64,000 nucleotides of DNA from Pseudomonadota bacterium (GTDB taxonomy: Bacteria > Pseudomonadota > Alphaproteobacteria > Rhodobacterales > Rhodobacteraceae), in contig JBCDFS010000003.1 in NCBI GenBank assembly GCA_039177645.1, positions 185,693-249,692 of the forward strand. The letters run 5' to 3'. The notes under the pieces are model-generated. The model did not search any database and had not been told where the DNA came from. It worked only from the letters and a program-made list of their open reading frames with translations. Position numbers and translations under genes: made by a program. Each line of letters opens with the position of its first letter. Position 1 is the stretch's first letter. This document shows positions 57,621 to 64,000 of the stretch, in pieces.

Positions 57621-57965
57621 ATGCATCGGATCTCATGGGGCTGCCGAGCGATCGCAAGTGCGGCAACCCTTGCGATTCTGCTGCCGAGCCTTCCAAGCGC
57701 GCAACAGGTTTGCCGCGAGACCGCCCTGGGCGCGCAATCCTGCCAAGGCGACACGCCCTTGCGACCCGCCGCGCGCCCAGATATCGGCCACCCCGACCGA
57801 GGGCTCAACGATGTCATTGGCTCCCAGCGATACGAAGCGCCTGGCCCTAAGCTGATCCCCTCTCGCGAGCGTGGCACACTTGGAACAACACTCCCTAGCA
57901 GCCGGATCAATAGATCGGGCATTGGCTGTCGCTCGGATCGGCTCGGGAACGTCGTATGCCGTTAA
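57621..57965 (+). CDS. Small secreted hypothetical protein with two CRxxxLGxxxC motifs
   Basis: Signal-peptide-like N-terminus; CRETALGAQSC and CRSDRLGNVVC. Confidence 0.6.
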   Translation: MHRISWGCRAIASAATLAILLPSLPSAQQVCRETALGAQSCQGDTPLRPAARPDIGHPDRGLNDVIGSQRYEAPGPKLIPSRERGTLGTTLPSSRINRSGIGCRSDRLGNVVCR

Positions 57966-58092
57966 AATGCCGGGGCCGCCGGATGCCGATTGCACAAGGA
58001 TGTCTGAGATCGAGCTCAAAGAGAGCGCGGCTCAAGCCTGAAGACTTTGCCATTCCCTACCTTTCGATGGTCCATAAAGGCATGTCGAGGCC

Positions 58093-59028
58093 GTGATCCC
58101 TGCCGCAAACGATCCGTTGCGCGGAATTGCCTACAAACTCTTCTCAGTCTTGTGTTTCACGCTGATGGCGATCTGCGTGAAGCTCGCGGCAGCGCGAATT
58201 CCCACAGGCGAGACGGTCTTTTTCCGCTCTTTTTGCGCCTTTCCCGTGATCCTAACTTGGTTGGCATGGCGAGGACGGCTGCGTTTTGCCCTGCGGACCT
58301 CGCGGCCGTTGGACCATTTCTGGCGCGGTATCATCGGAACGTCCGCCATGGCGCTTAACTTTACCGCGCTTGGCCTGCTGCCTCTCCCAGAGGTAACAAC
58401 ACTTTTCTACACCGCGCCGCTCTTCATGGTGGTTTTCGCTGTGTTTCTTCTCGGCGAGCGGGTCCGGTTGATCAGGATCACGGCGCTTGCGATTGGGCTG
58501 ACCGGGACGATCATCGTGCTCTATCCACGGCTCTCTGTCTTTGATCTTGAAGGGGCCGGTTTTTGGGCCGCGATTGGGGCCGCCGCTGCCCTGCTCGGTG
58601 CGATCTTAGCCGCGCTGGCACAGGTCTTCATCCGCTATCTCACTGCGACTGAGGATACAGGCACAATCGTGCTCTATTTCACCGTAACCTCGACGCTGCT
58701 CTCGCTGTTGACGCTTCCATTCGGCTGGATCTTTCCAACGGGATTTGAAGCGGTCTGCCTCGTGGGCGCAGGCCTTTTCGGCGGCCTCGGCCAGATCACG
58801 TTAACCGAGGCCTATCGCAACGCGGCTCTGGCCGTTGTTGCGCCATTCGAGTATCTCTCGATCGTTCTCTCAATCGCCGCGGGCATGCTCCTGTTTGGCG
58901 AATGGCCAACCGCGCCGATGCTGGCGGGTGCCGCGCTCATCACAGCATCGGGCCTCGCCATCATCTGGCGCGAGCGACAGATCCAGGAGCAACGGAAACT
59001 ACAGGGGTCGAAGGCACCTATTCCCTAG
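58093..59028 (+). CDS. DMT/EamA-family transporter
   Basis: Ten TM segments; VFFRS, TAPLF, LLGERV and A..VAPFEY motifs. Confidence 0.9.
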   Translation: MIPAANDPLRGIAYKLFSVLCFTLMAICVKLAAARIPTGETVFFRSFCAFPVILTWLAWRGRLRFALRTSRPLDHFWRGIIGTSAMALNFTALGLLPLPEVTTLFYTAPLFMVVFAVFLLGERVRLIRITALAIGLTGTIIVLYPRLSVFDLEGAGFWAAIGAAAALLGAILAALAQVFIRYLTATEDTGTIVLYFTVTSTLLSLLTLPFGWIFPTGFEAVCLVGAGLFGGLGQITLTEAYRNAALAVVAPFEYLSIVLSIAAGMLLFGEWPTAPMLAGAALITASGLAIIWRERQIQEQRKLQGSKAPIP

Positions 59029-59669
59029 GCATCAACGCCAATGGGACAGGAAACACCTGTGCCGCCAAGGCCGCAGTAGCCGCGCGGGTTCTTTGCCAGA
59101 TACTGCTGGTGGTATTCTTCCGCGTAGTAAAACTCCGGTGCGGGCGCGATCTCGGTTGTGATCGACCCGAAACCCTTGGCTTGCAGGCGAGTTTGATATC
59201 CATCGCGAGATCTCTCAGCGGCAGCGATGGCGTCAGAGCCCTCCACGAACAGACATGACCGGTATTGCGTGCCGCGGTCATTGCCTTGCCGCATCACTTG
59301 AGTGGGATCATGGCCTTCCCAGAACGTCTTGAAGAGCGCTTCCCGTTTGATTTCAGAGGGATCATACACCACAAGCACGGTCTCCGCATGACCGGTGAGT
59401 CCGGAACACGCCTCCTCATAGGTCGGGTTTGGGGTTTTGCCGCCAGAATACCCGACAGCCGTCACCCAAACGCCTGGGAGCGACCAAAACAGCCTTTCGG
59501 CGCCCCAAAAGCAGCCCATGCCAAACTGAACCTGCTCATACTTCTCCGGGAACGGGCCCTTGAGAGGTCGACCGTTCACGTAGTGTGTTCTTGCCGTTGG
59601 GATCGGCGCCTGGCGACCGGGCAGGATCTGATCCGCCGACGGCATGGTCGGCGTCTTGAAGAAGAACAT
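59025..59669 (-). CDS. msrA: Peptide-methionine (S)-S-oxide reductase
   Basis: [29 protein letters not shown] and [10 protein letters not shown] motifs. Confidence 0.96.
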   Translation of the reverse strand: MFFFKTPTMPSADQILPGRQAPIPTARTHYVNGRPLKGPFPEKYEQVQFGMGCFWGAERLFWSLPGVWVTAVGYSGGKTPNPTYEEACSGLTGHAETVLVVYDPSEIKREALFKTFWEGHDPTQVMRQGNDRGTQYRSCLFVEGSDAIAAAERSRDGYQTRLQAKGFGSITTEIAPAPEFYYAEEYHQQYLAKNPRGYCGLGGTGVSCPIGVDA

Positions 59670-59819
59670 CGCATCCTCGCAATAGGTTTCCCAACGCGAT
59701 TTAGACCCGATGTGGCGAGATCCAAGCCCCATCGGCGTATCCAGACTGACTATGATCTCATCAAAACAAGAAGCGCCAGGCACTCGGCCTGGCGCAATTC
59801 GTGATCATCCGAGGCTGGA

Positions 59820-60440
59820 TTAGTTCTTCGCGTAAAACTCCACGACGAGGTTTGGTTCCATAATCACCGGGTAGGGCACATCCGTCAGGGCGGGCGTTCG
59901 CAGGAATTCGGCCGTCATTTTGCTGTGATCGGCAGAGAGATAATCCGGCACGTCTCGCTCCGCGCTGCCGACCGCCTCCAAGACTATCGCAAGCTGGCGC
60001 GATCTTTCGCGAACCTCGACCACATCGCCTTCTTTAACGCGGTAGGACGGGACGTTGACCCGCTTTCCGTTGACTGTCACGTGGCCATGGTTGACGAATT
60101 GCCTCGCAGCAAAGATCGTCGGAACAAACTTCGCGCGATAGACAACGGCATCAAGCCTGCGCTCGAGCAAACCGATCAACTGTTCGGAGGTATCGCCACG
60201 GAGCCGTTCGGCATCCGCGTAAATCCGGCGGAACTGCTTTTCGGTGAGATCGCCGTAATAACCCTTCAGCTTTTGCTTGGCCCGAAGCTGCGTTCCAAAG
60301 TCGGAGAGCTTCGACTTGCGGCGCTGGCCATGCTGACCCGGGCCGTATTCGCGGCGGTTCACCGGGCTCTTCGGACGACCCCAGATGTTTTCGCCCATCC
60401 GACGGTCGAGTTTATATTTCGCAGACGTCCGCTTCGTCAC
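59820..60440 (-). CDS. rpsD: 30S ribosomal protein S4
   Basis: [28 protein letters not shown] and ARQFVNHGH motifs; GTG start. Confidence 0.98.
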   Translation of the reverse strand: MTKRTSAKYKLDRRMGENIWGRPKSPVNRREYGPGQHGQRRKSKLSDFGTQLRAKQKLKGYYGDLTEKQFRRIYADAERLRGDTSEQLIGLLERRLDAVVYRAKFVPTIFAARQFVNHGHVTVNGKRVNVPSYRVKEGDVVEVRERSRQLAIVLEAVGSAERDVPDYLSADHSKMTAEFLRTPALTDVPYPVIMEPNLVVEFYAKN

Positions 60441-60660
60441 GTCAGGTCCTTCCTATCCATATCAACGGTCCCTTCCTTTGCCGAGCAGTCCCGGCCGACA
60501 GGTTTCCCCTTGCGGGGTCCACGGGCACCAAACGCGCCACCTAAACTGGTGGCGAACTGCGCGCTTATATCCAGATCAGACGTGCTGTCAACGCAAGGAT
60601 GCCGGCGCGCCAGCTGAGGACCGGATCACATGTAATGACGGCTGAAGACACTCGTTTAGG

Positions 60661-62193
60661 CTAGAGGAAGGGGGTGATTGGAGGCTCTTTGCCTTGGGAC
60701 GTTGCCAGGACCCGATCGCGGAGCACTTCGGGTATTTCGAAGCGAGCCAAACGCTCCCCGACATGGATACGGCCGATCTCGCTTTTTTCGACCTCTGCAG
60801 TTCTGCAGATCAATCGAACGATTTCAGACATATCTGACCGGGTCCGCTGTCCGATATCGATCGCCAGCCAGACCCTAGGATGGTCCTTGAGCGTCTCGGC
60901 ATCGGCGCGGGTATATTCTTGGGCCATCGGTTGCGCGCGCCTCCAGAGGTAGGCGCAAGCCTTGCTGATTGCATCTTGAGAGAACCGATCCGAAATCAGT
61001 CGCGCCAGCGTCCGGTCCTCTTCACTGTGACCGCCCAAGAAGACCGGATCACGCGTGATCCGCTCGCGGTCGGAGATCAGGATTTCCATCGTCCTGGGCT
61101 GGGACACCCACTCGATCTTGCGGCCGAGTTGTCTCGCAAGACGTTCCGCCATGGGCCGTTCGCCAGAGTTTAGAACAAGAACCGCTCTCCCGCGATTGAG
61201 GTGCCGCCCCGCCCTTCCCGAGCGATGCAAGAGCATTTGCGCGTTTTCGGGCACGCCTGCGTGGATCACCAGATCCAAGCCCTCGACGTTCAAGCCTCTG
61301 GCTGCCACATCGGTCGCCACGCAGACACGGGCTTTTCCCGAGACAAAACGCTCAACCGCCGCAAACCGCCAGTTCTGCGCCAAGCTACCCGTTAACGCGA
61401 CGGTGGCGAAGCCATAGCGGCTCAGTTTGGCCGCAAATCGCGTTGCGTCTTCGCGACGGTTGCAGAAGACCATAGCGCTTCTGGGATGATTGAGACGCAG
61501 GATACTTCCGATTAGCCTGTCGCGACTCGGGCCCGTCGTCACCATGCCGTGCAGGTCGACATTCGGTAGTCGCGCCTCGATGTCGTCTAGCTCGACGCGG
61601 GTTGGTTCGACCAATACACTCTCCGCCACGGACATAAGCGTCGGCGTGCGGGTTGCGGAGACAAGAATGAGCCGCCATGTCCTCCCCACCTCGGGGAAAA
61701 GAACGGGCTGAAGATCTGCGTCGTAATCTCCGGACAGCAATTCGTCAGCCTCGTCGAGAACAACGCAAGCGCAATTCGAAAGAACAATGCTGCCCGCAGC
61801 AATTTGGCGACGGAGCCCACATGGTGTGGTCACCAGAATATCCGCGTCGCCGTGAAACTCCGCATCCGCAAAGCCGAACTGGACCTGGTGTCCAGTTTCC
61901 CGGAAGAGACGTTGAAACACGCCCGCGATCTGCACGGCGATCTCACGGGTCGGCACGACAACAACCGCGCGCGGGCCTTTCACGGGCTCATCACTTCGAG
62001 CAATGAGATCTTGAGCGATGGCAAGCCCATAGGCGAGTGTTTTGCCCGAACTCGTCGGGGCCAAAAGGAGAAAATCCCCTACCCCACGGTCCGCCTTCAG
62101 CACGGCTGTCTGGACGTCTGTAAAATCGGTAAACCCATCTTCCAACAGGTTATGAGAGAGTGCCTCGGAGAGACGCTCCGATACCATTCGCAT
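60661..62193 (-). CDS. DEAD-box RNA helicase (DeaD/DbpA-like C-terminus), divergent
   Basis: Q motif, APTSSGKT, PTREIA, DEADE, SAT, ATDVAARG and HRSGRAGR motifs. Confidence 0.85.
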   Translation of the reverse strand: MRMVSERLSEALSHNLLEDGFTDFTDVQTAVLKADRGVGDFLLLAPTSSGKTLAYGLAIAQDLIARSDEPVKGPRAVVVVPTREIAVQIAGVFQRLFRETGHQVQFGFADAEFHGDADILVTTPCGLRRQIAAGSIVLSNCACVVLDEADELLSGDYDADLQPVLFPEVGRTWRLILVSATRTPTLMSVAESVLVEPTRVELDDIEARLPNVDLHGMVTTGPSRDRLIGSILRLNHPRSAMVFCNRREDATRFAAKLSRYGFATVALTGSLAQNWRFAAVERFVSGKARVCVATDVAARGLNVEGLDLVIHAGVPENAQMLLHRSGRAGRHLNRGRAVLVLNSGERPMAERLARQLGRKIEWVSQPRTMEILISDRERITRDPVFLGGHSEEDRTLARLISDRFSQDAISKACAYLWRRAQPMAQEYTRADAETLKDHPRVWLAIDIGQRTRSDMSEIVRLICRTAEVEKSEIGRIHVGERLARFEIPEVLRDRVLATSQGKEPPITPFL

Positions 62194-62366
62194 TACTCGT
62201 TTCCTGAAATCTGCCCCAAGACGCTGGGTCTTTCGCGCAATCCGAAGGTGAAAGACGCCGTGGATCTAACGTGGTCCGCACCCCTGGATGCCGAGACCTT
62301 GCCAGCATCGTTCCGCACACCTATAGCGACGCAAACTTTCGATCTCGTGAACACACAGGAAACAAA

Positions 62367-62930
62367 ATGCCGAAGATCAACGGAAATGAGATCCGCCCCG
62401 GCAACATCCTTGAGCATGATGGCGGTCTTTGGGTCGCCGTGAAGGTCAATCATGTCAAACCTGGCAAAGGGGGTGCCTTCGCGCAGGTTGAGATGAAGAA
62501 TCTGCGCAGCGGTTCGAAGCTCAACGAACGATTTCGGTCAGCCGACAAGGTCGAACGCGTTCGGTTGGAACAAAAAGACCAGCAATTCCTCTACGAGAGT
62601 GACGGAATGCTCGTCTTCATGGACGCCTCGACCTTCGAGCAAATCGAGATACCCGCGGATATTCTCGGGGAACGCCGACCGTTCCTTCAAGATGGCATGA
62701 CAGTTCAAATCGAGTATTACGAGACCGAGGCGCTTTCGGTGCAACTGCCTGACAAAGTGACCTGCACTGTGACCGAGACGGAACCCGCCGTGAAGGGCCA
62801 GACCGCGGCAAACAGTTTCAAACCAGCCATCCTCGACAACGGCGTCAGGGTCATGGTGCCGCCTTTTGTTGGCGAGGATGAAGCCATTGTGGTTTCGACC
62901 GAAACGATGGAATACGTCGAGCGCGCGTGA
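62367..62930 (+). CDS. efp: Translation elongation factor P
   Basis: [15 protein letters not shown] and [12 protein letters not shown] motifs. Confidence 0.97.
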   Translation: MPKINGNEIRPGNILEHDGGLWVAVKVNHVKPGKGGAFAQVEMKNLRSGSKLNERFRSADKVERVRLEQKDQQFLYESDGMLVFMDASTFEQIEIPADILGERRPFLQDGMTVQIEYYETEALSVQLPDKVTCTVTETEPAVKGQTAANSFKPAILDNGVRVMVPPFVGEDEAIVVSTETMEYVERA

Positions 62931-62936
62931 AATGGC

Positions 62937-63482
62937 TCAGGAGAGAGGATACTCAGCCAGATCCTCGTAGTGCGGGTTGCCTTGACCAAGATGCGAGCGC
63001 ACGAGCGCGAAGCCTTCGACCTTGAAGCCCGAACGAAACCCAGTTTTCGAGGCGGCAAATTCTCGAAGTTTCTGTGCATCTTCACCGCTGGCCCCCTTTC
63101 CGCCACACCGCGCAAGAGTGACATGCGGCAGAAACTTCTGGCGAGGACGGTCCAGTCCCGCAAGTCGAACGGCTTGCAAGACGCTGGCATGAAGATGGGA
63201 GAGCGAGGAAGACGGAGCGGCACGCGCACAAAGGAGCCTCACACGCCCGTTGCCAAAAGCGTCGACACCTTCGAGCCGCAACTCAAAGCGCGGAAGCTGA
63301 ATTTCCGAAAGCGCGTGATGCACGTCCTCAACGATTGGTCCTTGGTGCTCCCCAAGGAATGACAAGGTCATGTGGAGGTTCTCCATGGGCACTGGGCGGC
63401 CCGCGGGCAGCCCCGCTTGAAGGGCGACGACTTCGTGGGCGACCACATCCGGCAGGTGAATAGCGACGAAGGCGCGGATCAT
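62937..63482 (-). CDS. thpR: RNA 2',3'-cyclic phosphodiesterase (2H family)
   Basis: IRAFVAI and two HxT motifs (HMTL, HVTL). Confidence 0.92.
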   Translation of the reverse strand: MIRAFVAIHLPDVVAHEVVALQAGLPAGRPVPMENLHMTLSFLGEHQGPIVEDVHHALSEIQLPRFELRLEGVDAFGNGRVRLLCARAAPSSSLSHLHASVLQAVRLAGLDRPRQKFLPHVTLARCGGKGASGEDAQKLREFAASKTGFRSGFKVEGFALVRSHLGQGNPHYEDLAEYPLS

Positions 63483-63601
63483 CACGATCTCCCCGGACTG
63501 ACATGGCGTCCTCCTAGCCGGTTGCATCCCGGGAAGGAAGACCGCCTGTCGCCATCGCACCGCAATCCCTAACCAAGTCGCAGACCGGTAAACAGCTACA
63601 T

Positions 63602-64000
63602 TCAGATACCGAGGCGCTGGCGGATATCGCTTGGTGTTGCGCCTTCAGCGCGGAGCATTCGCAGCGCACGTGCGGCGTCGCGTTTTGCGAGACGTTTCCC
63701 ATTCTCATCGAGTACTAATTGATGATGATGCCAAATGGGCACAGGCAATTCCAATAGCGACTGGAGCAGTCGGTGCAGCGGCGTGACCTCCCACAAATCC
63801 GCACCGCGAACGACATGGCTGATTTTCTGAAAGGCGTCGTCCACAACAACCGCCAGATGATACGCAGCCAATCCGGTATCTTTTCGACCAAGCACGACAT
63901 CTCCGAAGCTGGCGATAAGCGCCGTGGGATCAACGCTATGCTGGCCGGAATGCGCTGGTCCCGTTTCCGTGAAGAGCAGCGGGACAGATCCAATCCGCTG
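63602..64000 (-). CDS. gluQ: tRNA glutamyl-Q(34) synthetase, 3' part
   Basis: Open frame from the window edge: ...GDVVLGRKD..AYHLAVVVDD...HVVRGADL...GKRLAKRD. Confidence 0.9.
   Translation of the reverse strand, partial: QRIGSVPLLFTETGPAHSGQHSVDPTALIASFGDVVLGRKDTGLAAYHLAVVVDDAFQKISHVVRGADLWEVTPLHRLLQSLLELPVPIWHHHQLVLDENGKRLAKRDAARALRMLRAEGATPSDIRQRLGI

Noticed and set aside
651-64000. Many long antisense or alternate-frame ORFs (e.g. 651..1784, 11912..13462, 28797..30188, 50233..51672)
   Set aside because: Shadow ORFs expected opposite real genes in high-GC DNA; Arg/Pro-rich and without motifs.

Overview
A 64 kb chromosomal window from a GC-rich alphaproteobacterium, most likely Rhodobacterales. 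The assignment rests on the permuted two-piece tmRNA, gcrA, a GAAC-N7-GAAC LexA box, thyX and the trpG-trpD-trpC-moaC-moeA-lexA run. Most of the window is housekeeping and stress genes (xthA, ribA, ATM1-type ABC, sodB, phoX, msrA, msrB, rpsD, efp, gluQ, a glucose-type ABC importer with a divergent two-component system). The most unusual elements are: (1) a 690-aa algal/cyanobacterial-type vanadium-dependent haloperoxidase whose active-site Ser is replaced by Ala, in a window that also encodes a fluoroacetate-dehalogenase-like enzyme; (2) a COG0523/CobW-family GTPase whose CxCC metal motif reads SxSS, with all three Ser codons AGC (one base from TGC), sitting in a small accessory islet bounded by a decayed IS5-family remnant; (3) a membrane protein with 29 in-frame hexamer repeats encoding an Ala-X alternating tract; (4) a nested-stem structured leader upstream of a SulP-USP operon; (5) a complete minCDE operon. 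I saw no tRNA, rRNA, CRISPR array or intact transposase/integrase. All family assignments come from motif recognition by eye, not database searches.
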